From: Scyliorhinus canicula
Lineage: Eukaryota
Assembly (NCBI RefSeq): GCF_902713615.1
Contig: NC_052153.1
Location: 154,544,807 to 154,608,806, forward strand
Length of the DNA stretch: 64,000 nucleotides
Direction of reading: 5' to 3'
Part shown: positions 13,946-27,757 of the stretch, piece by piece
How positions within the stretch are numbered: the first letter of the stretch is position 1
Layout of the letters: each line of letters begins with the position of its first letter
The notes under the pieces: model-generated
What the model was told of the DNA's origin: nothing
Databases searched by the model: none
The model's input: only the letters and a program-made list of their open reading frames with translations
Position numbers and translations under genes: made by a program

Positions 13946-15345
13946 AGTGGATTAAAAATGAGAATACTAATCTGCAATTTCTTAAGACTGATGATACTTA
14001 AAAACAAATTAATAAAAACAAACCTCTATCTGTTGAGTTCTTAAACTGCTAGTGTTTCTGAAAATGCATGGTTTAAATTGTAGTCTTAATTTGCTTTTAC
14101 CCATTTTTGTCATTGCTATTTTAAAAGTTATTTTACTGGGTTTTCCCAGGAAAATTGCCAAGAATGGGGCAAGTGCTTGAGAAACTGAAAAACATGTCAC
14201 GCGCATGCTACAGGCAGAGCCTGCTGGGGTTTATTCTAAACGCACTTAGACACTAGCATGGTAAAGCCACAAGCACTGGCAAGAAGACAAATTCACTCAT
14301 TTAACATTGTATCTTTGTTTATACCCAAGAAAGTAGCAACCGCTGTTACATTTGTCAATAAAATGTCAGCACTGTGCCAAAGATCTTGCAGATCCTAATA
14401 GAAAGGTAAGCCAATCATCCACATCAGCATCCTCAAAGTTCAACTGGTGCTCTGTTCTGGCTGACAGTCTCTGATTGTGCAGTTAATGTTCCACCTCTCT
14501 CTAGATTATTGAGGACAAGTGGTTGGTAGAGCATCACAGTCTTAATCCATCTCGGTCAGACGATGTCCACAGTTAGAGAAAATTAAAGGGTTGAGAAAAG
14601 AGACCACAGAAAAAGATAAAACTACTGTGAACATCAAGAATTTCCTTTGCTACCAACAGTAGAAAAGGAAACTGTGGGCCTGCCTCAAAGATAGCGATGA
14701 TTTTGGACAGTAAGGCACAATTGTCTTACAAAGGTCAACATGCCAAGTGAATTTCCCTTTCCTCTCACATGAAGATGATGCAAATTTCCAATTGCACACA
14801 GGCATTACTAGCTAAGAAAAAACAGATTCAGATCTAATTGCAATGGTTACATTTCTAAATACTAAAACTTCAGCAACTCGTGTATATAATGAATTTTAAA
14901 ACTTTCAAAACACTTGTATTAGTAATGGCAGGTTTAAGGTATGGCATGCGGTTATGAATTTATGTTACTACACCAGTGATGCTTGGATTAACCTATTCCA
15001 TGGGCTAGAAATCTTAATGCATATAATTTTATTACACATGGTTATCTTTTATTACATTGGTTAAAATTACTTTAGCCTTTCCAACATAGCATTGGCATTC
15101 AGGGGAACAAAATTTGACATGAAGTAATTCTGAACAAATTTTTATTAAAAATAAAGCTCACTGCAATAGCAATTTTAAAATATTTCTGCAATAGCCTATC
15201 CTACAGCGGATACGCTGAAGTAGCTCGGGGAATAAGTTACATTCAACAAGCATCACCAACACTATGAAGAAGAAGGTGCAAACCCAGGTGAAGTAGTCAA
15301 GAGAAGTGAGCTGCAGAGAAGGACCACTCTGAGTTCGTACAGTAC

Positions 15346-15420
15346 CTGGGTGCTGAATCTGTGATCATCTGAGGCACTGACTAGATCAATGGAAGACATG
15401 GAGGAAGAGCGACTAAAGGG
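15346..15420 (-). CDS. CERT1: CERT1 exon 11 equivalent (alternative CERTL/GPBP exon)
   Basis: 75 bp, phase 0-0, TAG/[29 protein letters not shown] vs human [26 protein letters not shown]. Confidence 0.95.
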
Positions 15421-16778
15421 CTACCACAGAGACAGACAAAGAAAAACCCAGTTCAGAACAAAGGCACAACAAGGCATTCAAACATTAACCTTCACCACAA
15501 AAAAGTGCATTAAAGAGCCAATAAGCTTTAAAGAAATGAGAACAGCCATAATGATATCATGCAACTATGTATCATACTCCACCCCATGGAACCCTGAAGA
15601 AAAGGCAATTCTACAATAATAGCTACAATCAGATGCAAGTTTATGATGCATTTGCTTTGAAGTACATATCACAACTAGTGCCTAGATTTTAAAATGATTG
15701 TGATGTACATGAAAAGATAGTATGGTATATAAGTCATTAAAGCACAAATATAGTATTTCTACACAATAATTTTGCTTTAAATACTTCTGATAATTGTAAT
15801 TAAGTACTAGTTTTAGTAATCTGGTGAAATCCACAAAATCATTCTGTAAATCATTCTTTAAATAAATAATCCTATTTTTAAAATTTGATAGAATTTAGGT
15901 ATTATTGCTGATAATATGAGATAAATGCAATAAAAATGGCAAGACATAATAATGTTCCTCTGCATAAAAGTTAAATAGTCTATAACGGTAAAAATATGTT
16001 TCATTGAAACATTGCAGTGGCCTTAAGTTGGTTTGTATTTTGCAGAGCTAATATGTACAAATCCTTTTCCAGCTCCCAAATGCAAATTCAAATGGATTTC
16101 ACTATTTATAAAACTGGTTCATGGAAACGGATTACAAAAAATAAATTGAGGAAAAGAGATTTCACTGCCCACAGTGAAAACAACCATGGTAACTTCCTGA
16201 TAGCATTTTGAACAAGATCATTGAGAAAAACAAAATTTGCAATAACTTTAAAAAGTCCTCATTTTTACACATTGAACTAGCAGAATATTCAATGATTAGC
16301 ATGAAAGACCAATTTACACATCATGTTTCGAGACCATGGAATTTTGGATCTCAGCACCACCCAAGAGATGTGTGTTTCAGGCTTTCCATCACATCCTGTT
16401 TATCCCATGGACACTGAATTTCAAGTCCCTCTTTTCCCCCTCCCATGTTGATACTTCGCACCAGAGGGGGAATCTGGTTACGTAACTGAAAGTATCAACT
16501 AACCAACACTACCACAAGCAGTGCTTCATTGACATCACAGGATGAGTCGGCAACCAACTGGAGTGCAGATCCTCACATTGCATTCTCCATAGGAACTGCC
16601 GATTTGAGCCTTCTACAATAAAAAGTTTAAAACAATTAAACCTTTTTTAAAAAATCAACATTGATTTATAGAATAGAATCACATGATTGTGGCATTCGAG
16701 GATTTTTCTAGCAAAATACACTAATGCCAATAGTAAAGTAATATCCTATTAACCAAAAATACGATCAGGTCAACATAC

Positions 16779-16871
16779 CTGTTTGGCAAATCTGTGGGTA
16801 CCAACTACCGAGAAGGAATCACCGAATGGCACAGCAGCTGACCAATGAATCCTTGACTTCTCTGTGTGGGA
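16779..16871 (-). CDS. CERT1: CERT1 exon 10 equivalent
   Basis: 93 bp, AG/GTATG; SHTEKSRIHWSAAVPFGDSFSVVGTHRFAKQ. Confidence 0.94.
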
Positions 16872-16923
16872 CTAAAATTAAAATGATTACAGCACTCAAT
16901 TGCGAATAATAGTACAATTATTA

Positions 16924-17124
<201 letters not shown>

Positions 17125-17660
17125 CTAATAAAATTAAGCATTCCAACGGAAGAAAATTAGTTCCAAAATTTCTGTAACTGTATATTATCTCATCACATTT
17201 CAGAAATGTTACAAAACAGTTTACATACAAAGAATTGTTTTGAAATACACTGAAATATAGCATAAGGCCATGACTAACAATGACAAAAATGGCAGCTACT
17301 GAGATTCCACATACAGAAAAACAATCAATGACAGTTAATCTGTTTGGTGCTGCTGGTTGAGAATGGGCAGGACTTCAGGAAAATGTTTCTTCAAACTGCA
17401 CCATGTCACCAAAACAGGCAGACAAAATACTAACATTTCAAGTAAAAAGAGTTGTATCTATGAAAATGCAGTATATCTCAGATTTGGATTTATAGATTCT
17501 ATCATACTATTATCAGAGGAAACTTGGCAGGCAGAAGTGTTAAGCTGACAAATGCAGAAACAAATCTAACAGGGACCATTACAAGATGCTTGGTTCCTAC
17601 AAACTCTAGGTCATTATATTCCATACCAATATTTTTAACAAATAGTAATTGAGTAAATAT

Positions 17661-18171
17661 AAGAACATAAGAACATAAGAACTAGGAGCAGGAGTAGGCC
17701 ATCTGCCCCCTCGAGCCTGCTCCGCCATTCAATGAGATCATGGCTGATCTTTTGTGGATTCAGCTCCACTTTCCGGCCCGAACACCATAACCCTTAATCC
17801 CTTTATTCTTCAAAAAACTATCTATCTTTACCTTAAAAACATGTAATGAAGGAGCCTCAACTGCTTCACTGGGCAAGGAATTCCATAGATTCACAACCCT
17901 TTGGGTGAAGAAGTTCCTCCTAAACTCAGTCCTAAATCTACTTCCCCTTATTTTGAGGCTATGCCCCCTAGTTCTGCTGTCACCCGCCAGTGGAAACAAC
18001 CTGCCCGCATCTATCCTATCTATTCCCTTCATAATTTTAAATGTTTCTATAAGATCCCCCCTCATCCTTCTAAATTCCAACGAGTACAGTCCCAGTCTAC
18101 TCAACCTCTCCTCATAATCCAACCCCTTCAGCTCTGGGATTAACCTAGTGAATCTCCTCTGCACACCCTCC
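17661..18171 (-). mobile_element. Young 5'-truncated CR1 with (TTCTTATG)n tail
   Basis: Intact C-terminal ORF; 6-bp TSD aaatat at 17655-17660 and 18172-18177. Confidence 0.93.
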
Positions 18172-18746
18172 AAATATTGGGACTAATGATAAATAAATCT
18201 CCAGGACCTAATGGTTTCTTCTCCAGCTGTGGGAATAGATCACTATAGAGCAAAATTTCACCCACCGAGTTCCTTGCTCCCAATTTCTATTTAGCCATCC
18301 CTGCCAAAAGGTCTATTACATGAAAATGGAATGGTGAAGAAAGACTAAATTAGGGAAGATATTGGTATGTGACTGTGGAATCATAACCAGCATGATTCAT
18401 TGTCCTGAAAAGGTGGGAGAGTTAAAGAGTCTAAAAAATCAAAGATAATAATCTAGTTGCAAAAAAACTTTTAAAAGTACTGTTTTGATGATCACAATGC
18501 AAAAATATTCAGAAGTTGGAAGACTTTGAATACAGCCCAACAGTTCAAGAGAATTAAGCCGTGGGAAAAATTCAAAATGTACATCTTATATATGTGGAAA
18601 ACATCTGATACGTTTCCCTTATCCAGATCTTTCTTCTTCAATTTCCCTTCTATCCAACCGAAAACAACAAGGAATTTGAAAGCAAGTTCAAAAAATGGTC
18701 ACGCAATTTTGCTAGAGAGAAATTGACCAGCAATTTGAATTCTTAC

Positions 18747-18839
18747 CTCATAATCGGGTCCACCAAAATGACACTTTTTCTTAAGTTCTGACATTGCATT
18801 CTTGTAAGCATCCTCAACTCTTCGCCTTTTTTCAATCTC
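18747..18839 (-). CDS. CERT1: CERT1 exon 8 equivalent (coiled-coil)
   Basis: 93 bp, AG/GTAAG; [31 protein letters not shown]. Confidence 0.96.
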
Positions 18840-19159
18840 CTATGTGTTCAGAGATCAAGGTACGCACACATTTCAGTATATGATTGAAAAAAAACTAATG
18901 GCCCAAGTTGGCCATTTAGTTTATGCATTAATTACATAACAGCTAACGTGAGCGCATAAAATCCAACATGCCAGACCATGTGGTCCACGGCACAAATTTA
19001 TTTTCCTCTAAGTTACACCCCTATCCACACGGTTTAGTTGTAACTTGCACCCAAGTTAAATTCTTCATAATCAAGTTTCCTTTCACAAACAAAAGGCCCT
19101 CTCACTATATCTGCACAGCAGCCGAAGTCTCTGACACGGTCAGCAGTGTCACTGTCTGC

Positions 19160-19820
19160 TATCGTAGAATTCCTATCGTGCAGAAGGAGGCCATTCGGCC
19201 CATTGAGTCTGTATCGACCCTCTGAAACAGCACCCTATCTAGACCCACACCCCCACCCGATCCCCGTAACACCAACTTAACCTTTGGACACAAAGGGGCA
19301 ATTTAGTGTGGCCAATCCACCTAACCTGCACATCTTTGGACTGTGGGAGGAAACCAACGCAGACACGGGGAGAAAGTGCAAACTCCACACAGACAATCGA
19401 AGGGAGGTAGTGGCGCAGTGGTATTGTCACTGGACTTATAACCTAGAGACCAGGGCACTGATCTGGGGACATCAGTTCGAATCCAACCAGGGCAGATAGT
19501 GGAATTTGAATTTAATAATTTAAAAAATCTGGAATTAAAAGTCTAACGACGATCAGAAAACCACTGCCGATTGTTGGAAAAATCCATCTGGTTCACTAAT
19601 GTCCTTTAGGGAAGGAAATCTTTCATCCTTACTTGGTCTGTGACTCCATGTGACTCCAGACCCACAGCCATGTAATTGGCTCTTAAATGTCCTCAGGGAT
19701 GGGCAACAAATGCTGGCCAGGCCAGTGACGCTCACATTCCATGAACGAATAAATCCGAGGCCCAAATTGAACCCGGTCCCTGGCGTTGCGAGGTAGCAGT
19801 GCTAACCGCTGTGCCACCCT
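19160..19820 (-). mobile_element. V-SINE/HE1-like SINE split by a DeuSINE-like insertion
   Basis: Tail and V-domain at 19160-19400, head at 19756-19820. Confidence 0.82.
19402..19755 (+). mobile_element. DeuSINE-like (SacSINE1-like) SINE
   Basis: tRNA-like head (gtggcgcagtgg..gttcgaatcc), central ccatctggttcactaatgtcctttagggaaggaaatc, tail gggatgggcaacaaatgctggcc. Confidence 0.8.
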
Positions 19821-20387
19821 TACATATCACATAGCTTGCCTCTTAAACAAGCTCTTCCAGGTCTCCAAGTCTATTCCTAATACTCCTAATATTCATACAT
19901 CAAATTTTGAGCCAACCCGCTGATGCAACATAATTTCCCTGCGTTGTCATCAGCTATCCTTCAATTTAAAAATGTCAGCTCAGGAGCACCAGTTTCTGCC
20001 ATAAGGCATGTGATCTAACTGGACAATTTGCAACCTTCAAATCTTTGGGTACATGGGATAGGATGTTCCATGAAATAGCGGGATCTGAAGTTCAGGATTT
20101 GCTTCCCTTTCCTGCTCAGGTGTACCTCAGCCTCATCATTATGATGTTGGGACTCAGAACATGTTGGCTTGATGGACAAGCTATTGCTAAACTGAGCAAT
20201 TGGCACCAAGCTCTTACCAGTCATTGAGGTCATTGCCACTGTGCTTCAAGGAGAGCTTCAGAGTGTCTTTGAAGCATTGTCTGCCGAAAGCCATAACTTT
20301 ATATTGCACACTTACCTGCTCTATCTGCATTTAGATACATACCTACCAGTCCTGCTCTACATGATCAATTTTAATTTCTTTCTTTCC

Positions 20388-20468
20388 AACTCTGCCTTAT
20401 ATTTCCATTAATTAAGTTTAATTTTTCTAACTCTACTTTATATTTCCATTAATTAAGTTTAATTTTTC
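20388..20468. repeat. 41-bp tandem duplication (2 copies)
   Basis: aactctrcyttatatttccattaattaagtttaatttttc starting at 20388 and 20429. Confidence 0.9.
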
Positions 20469-20925
20469 CCCATTCACCCACTGTGAAGGATTGCAATAGC
20501 AATCCAATTTGGGGTCACTCTGTTGCATCGATAGAGCTTTTCCCTTCTCTGAATATGTGAGGAATCTGAAGTTCTCTTTTCTGCACCATTTAATCACTCA
20601 CTGACATTGTTTTTTCCCAATTCTATTCCTGCATGACATCAAACATAACCAAGATAACTATTTTCTCATCTACTCCAACCTGGAACCAAGATGAGCAAAC
20701 TCTCTTCTCCGCAAATCCCACAACTTATTCTTTCCTATATTACTTGTTGCTCCCCATTTCTAGACATTTTACCACTTGTTCCGTTGCTTTGTCTGCTCTG
20801 ATCAGTCCGCACAAAGGGGAAATATATTGTGCGCAGACTTGCACTTCTTCCAAGCTTCATGATAATATTCAAAATTTTTGGAAATTAAGCAATTTTAAAA
20901 CAAAAAAGCTTACAATGGATTCTTA

Positions 20926-21505
<580 letters not shown>

Positions 21506-21554
21506 TATATATAAAATATATATGATGTAAAGATCCAAGAATTTTGCAACAAAA

Positions 21555-21771
21555 AATAAATTTAGAACCAATTCTTTTTTTCCCCCCATTAAGAGGCAAT
21601 TTAGCGTGGCCAATCCACCTGTTCTGCACATCTTTGGTTGTGGAGGCGAGACCCACGCAGACACGGGAAGTATGTGCAAACTGCATACGGACAGTGACCC
21701 TGGGCTAGCCCGAACCTGGGTCTTCGGCGCCGTGATGCAGCAGTGCTAACCACTGCGCCACCGTGCCGCCC
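21555..21771 (-). mobile_element. Short V-SINE/HE1-like SINE, inverted relative to its neighbour
   Basis: Reverse complement of the same family. Confidence 0.88.
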
Positions 21772-22093
21772 AATTTTTAAAAAAATTAAAGGTCCAATAC
21801 AGATCTCTCGACAATGAAGCGCTTTGTGAAACCAAGGTTACAAATAACCAAACAGCCCACTTCTAAGACCAGTCATTCCTTTGCTTGTTATACTTTGTTT
21901 CAACAGATTAACATTTAAATACTTCTGATATCTAACTTCAATATAACAATTTAACTTGAGCTATAATGATTGGTACATCTGCCTACATGATTTTAAACCC
22001 ATTGCATGAATCACTTAATTACATCACAGTGCGAAGAATATGGAGTGGATGCCAGGCTCATTGACAAATGATGTATTCTCGAAAGTTATTTAG

Positions 22094-22119
22094 GGAGAGA
22101 GAGAGAGAGAGAGAGAGAG
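22094..22119. repeat. (GA)n microsatellite
   Basis: Direct reading. Confidence 0.95.
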
Positions 22120-22309
22120 CGCAATACAAAGGCAGCTGAAGATTCTGCCATCAATGAGAAGGCATTAGGTTGTGGCAGAGACATCCGAGATGCACAAAAG
22201 GTCAGAACAAATTTAGTGAGTCTTCTCCAAATACACTTGCAATTAAATGGGAGATTTTATAATATACAGGGCTTAGGTGATATAGAAAACAAATACAATA
22301 CAAAACAAT

Positions 22310-22635
22310 GGGGCAGTACAGTAGCACAATGGTTAACACTGTTGCTTCACAAGTCCAGGGTCCCGGGTTCAATTCCTGCTTGGGTCACTTTGTCTGTGCG
22401 GAGTCTGCACGTTCTCCCTGTGTCTGCGTGGGTTTCCTCCGGGTGCTCCGGTTTCCTCCCACAAGTCCTGAAAGACGTGCTTGTTAGGTGAATTGGACAT
22501 TCTGAATTCCCCCTTTGTGTACCCAAACAGGAGTCGGACTGTGGTGACTAGGGGATTTTCACAAGAACGTTTCACAGTAACTTTATTGCAGTGTTATTGT
22601 AAGCCTACTTGTGAAAATAATAAAGATTATTATTA
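22310..22635 (+). mobile_element. V-SINE/HE1-like SINE, full length
   Basis: tRNA head, V-domain, tail ending (ATT)n. Confidence 0.88.
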
Positions 22636-23101
22636 AATATAATACAGAATGAAAAGTGCAGTAGATATTTCATTTCTATTCTGTAAATTAAGGAGACCTG
22701 CATTTTCCAATATATTGTAATTATTTATATGCTGAAATGATCATAATTGCGCAATTCCTTTATTATTTTATGCTTCATTTTTATTTTAATGATTGCCCAT
22801 AACTAAGTAATGAATTATGATTTGTATGTTTTATTTGTATTGTCATCACAATTCGGCACCTATGCCCATGATGATTTATCAGTAAACTAATTGTTTATCT
22901 TAAAACTACAATTGACTCAGCTCATACGATTATTGAAATCATCTAAGTCACACATTCATCTACATGAAAATTCTTGTGTTTAAGGTAAAAAAGGAGCTAA
23001 TTTAAAACGCACGAGAAACATTTTTTATTCACGGATAATCAATTTATTACTTTGTAACTTAGTGATTCCACAAAAAAGCTGCAAATTTGAAAGACACTTA
23101 C

Positions 23102-23185
23102 ATTTCTCTTTGCTGCCATTATTGTTATGTATAAAATCCCCATCCGATCGTGTAGTTGGAAAAGCATCTTCATCATCTTCCACTA
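23102..23185 (-). CDS. CERT1: CERT1 exon 6 equivalent
   Basis: 84 bp, phase 1-1, AG/GTAAGT; (V)[27 protein letters not shown]. Confidence 0.96.
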
Positions 23186-24109
23186 CTAAAATAGTAGAAT
23201 TAAATGTTTAATACATTATTCCAGACTTCTGTCAAATAAATCAATTCTTATTTAGTTTCTATACCAGCTTGAGCCACATCTTTCTAAAGTCCAAGAATAT
23301 ATACTGCATTCACACATTCCAACGACAGTAGTCTCTATTTAAGCGGTGAGAGCTTTATGAATGATGCTATGCTGAGGAAAGGCTACAATTGTTGCACTTG
23401 AATTTCTCTGAATACATGACTGGTACCAATGCTGTTACAGTTCGAGTCAGAGCAGCACTACCAGGAACGTGGAAAAACAGAGTTAGCCATGGCTCCCAAG
23501 GACTTAGCAAAATAGAACTTCAGATATTAATTTATTTGCTGCAAAATTAGATAATATATCCAAGAAAGGTTTGGGCTTTGCTGCAAAAAGGCAGATTGTT
23601 ATGAATCTGCACTCTCTTTTCAACAATTGCTTTACTTCAGATTAGCATTGTAGGAGATTAACAAGCATCTGTTAATTAGAGCACAACACCCGAAAGACAT
23701 GATATCCCCCCCTGGATTATTCCTGTTTTCTCTGGAAGACAGCAAATACTTCTCTCAGATAGTTACATTAAGGCTAAAATGAAGACTTTTTTCAAGCCTG
23801 GTAAAAAAAAATTACATAGCACTGAACTTGCAGCAAAATATTTGATTTACAATATTTAAGTTTCAAAATAATAAAAGCCCAAATCCTTCTAGTTGCTGGC
23901 ATTTCATGAAAGACTGCCAAACAGATCCAGGGCTCAGTAGCAAGAGGAGTAATTATTGCCAACATGCTGTTCTGGGTATTTTATATTTCTTACAGCAACT
24001 CAGCAGTAAGATAAATTACAAAGCAGTACACCTTCCTTTCTCTCTAAAGGCATTCTGAAACCATTTTTATTCACAAGGTTAAAGAATACAAGCTTGTGCC
24101 AACAGTTTA

Positions 24110-24277
<168 letters not shown>

Positions 24278-24569
24278 TCAGAAAATAGATTACATGTATT
24301 TATAATTCCTTCAAAAATACAAAGTTTATTAAATTTCCTGAGCTTCTTTACAAGCAAGTGATTAAAGAGCTGCCAAAGAACAGGGAATTAAACCTACCAC
24401 AGACAACTTGGGTTACTGAAAAACATTATAAATGATTGTTAAACCAGGTATATTTATCTGGGGCAAATCCTTAGTGAGCATTTAGACTCTGATAGAACAA
24501 AGGTCTGTGAGTTCCACGACTGATTTTTATGTACAAATATGCTTATGTACAAAAACAGGATTGGTAGTA

Positions 24570-24910
24570 GAATAGTTATGCGACTGGACCAGAGGCCTGG
24601 ACTAATGATCAGAGACACAACTTTAAATCCCAACATAGCTGATGAGGAATTTAAATTTAGTTAAATAAGTGTGGAATAAAAAGCTACTATGGCAATGGGA
24701 ACCATGTAACTACTGGATTCTTGAAAAAACCTACATGCTTCACTTGTGTTCTTTAGGGAAGGAAATCTCTTACTCGTACCAGGTTTGACCTACATGCCAC
24801 TCCAGGCTCACAGCAATATGGCTGATTGGCTGTCGTCTGTCAAGCCACTCAGTTATCATAATGGTGGCTGGAGGGGCAATCACGAGAGCGTCGGAATTGC
24901 TATGTTTTCA
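24570..24910 (+). mobile_element. DeuSINE-like SINE, degraded
   Basis: Central ctttagggaaggaaatct motif and similarity to 19402-19755. Confidence 0.65.
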
Positions 24911-25472
24911 CGAGCTCTGACTCTGCTTATCTTGTAATCCTTTATTTTATTCTGGAGCACATTTCATATTTGTCTTTTCTTGGGATATATGTCTTGCGCT
25001 ATATCCCTGGAAGATCCTGATTGATGTTTTACGAAGACGAGCCAACACAAATTGTAGAAAATCCTCATTTGATGTGGAGGTCAATGGGCTGAGATAGGGC
25101 CCAGGTTCCAGTGGCGTTGTTGGAGAATGGGCTTTCGCCTCGGTGGTGTTGTGTGCATCCAGGTGATGGCCGCCATTGAGAATATTGTTCTGGGTGAAGA
25201 TCTAGGCTCTGTGGTGCAGATGTTTAGAGCTTACTTGAAAGATTTGTGAGATATCCTTGGGAGAATGGTGGAGATGCATGAGAGAGTTCTTGCTTTCAGA
25301 AGAGCACTTTCCCTGTTAACGGCCTGCCTTGGAGATGTAGTGATCCTACTGCCTGGCATATTGTTTAGCTTGACAGGTTCAGGAGATTGGGGACGGGCAA
25401 GGTGTGTCTGAAGTGGGAGGTGGGTTTCCGACTGAGTTTCAAAATTGGCTGCCATGCTTTACTCCTCTTGAT

Positions 25473-27757
25473 TTGCAGCCAGAAAGGATGCTTTCTATGG
25501 TGCAACTGTAAAAGTTGCTAAGAGTTAATGTGGACATGCCGAATTTCCTTGGGTTCCTGAGGAAGCATAGGCGCTGTTGTGCTTCCTTGGTGGTAGCATT
25601 GACGTGGGTGAACCAGGACAGATTTTTGGTGATGTGTACCCCTAGGAATTTGAAACTGCTAACCATCACCTTGGTACTGTTGATGTTGACAAGGGTGTGT
25701 GCAGTAATTTGCTTACTGAAGTCAATGACCCGCTCTTTAGTTTTGCTGGCATTGAGAGAGAGATTGTTGTCGCTGCACCACTCCACTAGGTTCTCTATCC
25801 CCCTCCTGTATTCTGTCTCGTCGTTATTCAAGATCCGGCCCACTATGGTCGTATCGTCAGCAAACTTGTAGATGGAGTTGGAACCAAATTTTGCCATACA
25901 GTTGTGTGTTTACAGGGAGTAGAGTAGGGGGCTAAGTATGCAGCCTTGCGGGGCCCCAGTATAGAGGACTATTGTGGAGGAGGTGTTGGTGTTTATTCTT
26001 ACTGATTGTGGTCTGTGGGTCAGAAAGTCGAGGGGCGCGATTCTCCCCACGCCACGCCGGGTGGCAGAATCGCGGGAATCACGCCACGCCGCCCGCGATT
26101 CTCCCACCCCGCTAAAAATGGCGTGTTGCGTTTTTCGACAGGCCGCTCGGAGAATCGCCACTTGCCGTTTCTCACGGCGACCGGCGATTCTCCGGCCCGG
26201 ATGGGCCGAGCGGCCTGCCTAACCCGACCGGTTCACGCCGGCTCCAACCACACCTGGTCGCTGCCGGCGTGAACAGCACGCGAGCGGTGAGTGTGGGGAG
26301 CGGAGGGAGGATCGAGCACCACAGGTGTGCTCAGCAGATGTCTGGCCCGCGATCGGTGCCCACCGATTGTCGGGCTGGCGTCTCTAAACGACGCACTCTT
26401 TTCCCTCCGCCGCCCCTCAAGATCAAGCCGCCAATGTCTTGCGGGGTAGCGGAGGGAAAGACGGCAATCGCGCATGCGCAGGGTGGCGCTGGCCAACCGG
26501 CGCATGCGCGGCTGACGTCACTTCGGTGCCACCGGCTGCGTCATTCCCGGCGCGCCGCTTCGACGCAAGCGTCAAGGCCGGGCGCTCCGAACTCATGCGC
26601 CGGGGGGGGGGGGGGGGGGGCCCTCCGACACCAGAGTGAAACACTTCTGGTTTCACTCCGGCGTCGGCGCTCAGTCTCCCATTGGGAGAATCGCCCCCGA
26701 GGATCCAGTTGCAGAGTGAGGAGCCACGTCCTAGGTTTTGGAGCTTTGATATGAGCTTGGCTGTGATTATGGTGTTGAAGGCAGAACTGTCGTCAATAAA
26801 TAGGAGTTTGATGTAGGAGTCCTTGCTGTTGAGATGCTCTAGGGATGAGTGTAGGGACAGGGAAATGGCGTCTGCTGTGGACCGGTTGCGGCAGTATGCA
26901 AATTGCAGTGGATCAAGGCGTTCTGGGACTATGGAGGTGATGCGCTTCATGATCAACCTCTCGAAGCACTTCATTATGACAGAAATCAGGGCCACCCGAT
27001 GGTAGTCATTGAGGCACGTTGCCTGGTTGTTCTTTGGCACCAGTATGATGGTGGTCTTCTTAAAGCAGGTGGGGACCTCGGAGTGTAGTAGGGACAGGTT
27101 AAAGATCTCCGCGAACACCTCTGCCAGCTGGTCTGCGCAGGCTCTGAGTGCACGACTAGGGATCCTGTCCGGGCCCGTCGCCTTCCGAGGGTTTACTTTC
27201 AGGAAGGCCGATCTGACTTCGGAAGTTGTGGTGGGTATGAGTGAGTTATGGGCTGCTGGGGCACTTGACAGTAGATTGTTAGTTTCTGGCTCAAACTGAG
27301 CATAGAATGCATAGAGTTCATCGGGGAGGGGTGCGCTGCTGCCAGAGATACTGCTTGGCTTCGCTTTGTAGCCCGTTATGTTGTTTAGGCCTTGCCACAA
27401 CCGCCGAGAGTCTGTCTGTGACTCTAGCTTGGTTTGATATTCTCTCTTGGCATGTCGGATGACATTGCGGAGGTCGTAGCTGGATTTCTTGTATCGGTCA
27501 GGGTCGTCTGACTTGAACGCCTCATATCTGTCCTTCAGTAAGGACTGATCTGATATCTTCACACATTTTCTCGACTGAGTAATACCACACTCCTGTATGC
27601 TTCACCTGATGCCTGTGTCTATGTATTTACATTGTGTATTTCATGTTTGCCCTATGTATTTTAGTTTTCATGTATGGAATAATCTGTCTGAACTGAACAC
27701 AGAACAATACTTTTCACTGTACCTCGGCACATGTGACAACAAACAAATCCAATCCAA
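25473..27757 (-). mobile_element. Rex1-like LINE: RT body on minus (25473-27545) and 3' UTR on plus (27545-27757)
   Basis: KKTTII.VPK, LDPLQFAY.RNRSTADAI, SSAFNTI, TGAPQGCILSPLLY, KFADDTTIVG. Confidence 0.9.
26033..26698. mobile_element. Non-autonomous PIF/Harbinger-type MITE
   Basis: 15-bp TIR GGG(C/G)GCGATTCTCCC (14/15); 3-bp TSD GAG at 26030-26032 and 26699-26701; removal restores the Rex1 sequence aagtcgaggatcc. Confidence 0.85.

Noticed and set aside
1-15345. CERT1 exon 12 (start of START domain)
   Set aside because: No VEEMVQNHM..WQLVVEEGEMK-like exon found by eye; it probably lies left of the window.
26423-27562. 379-aa ORF as a novel fusion protein
   Set aside because: Rex1 RT reading into the inserted MITE by chance, with no real start or splice support.
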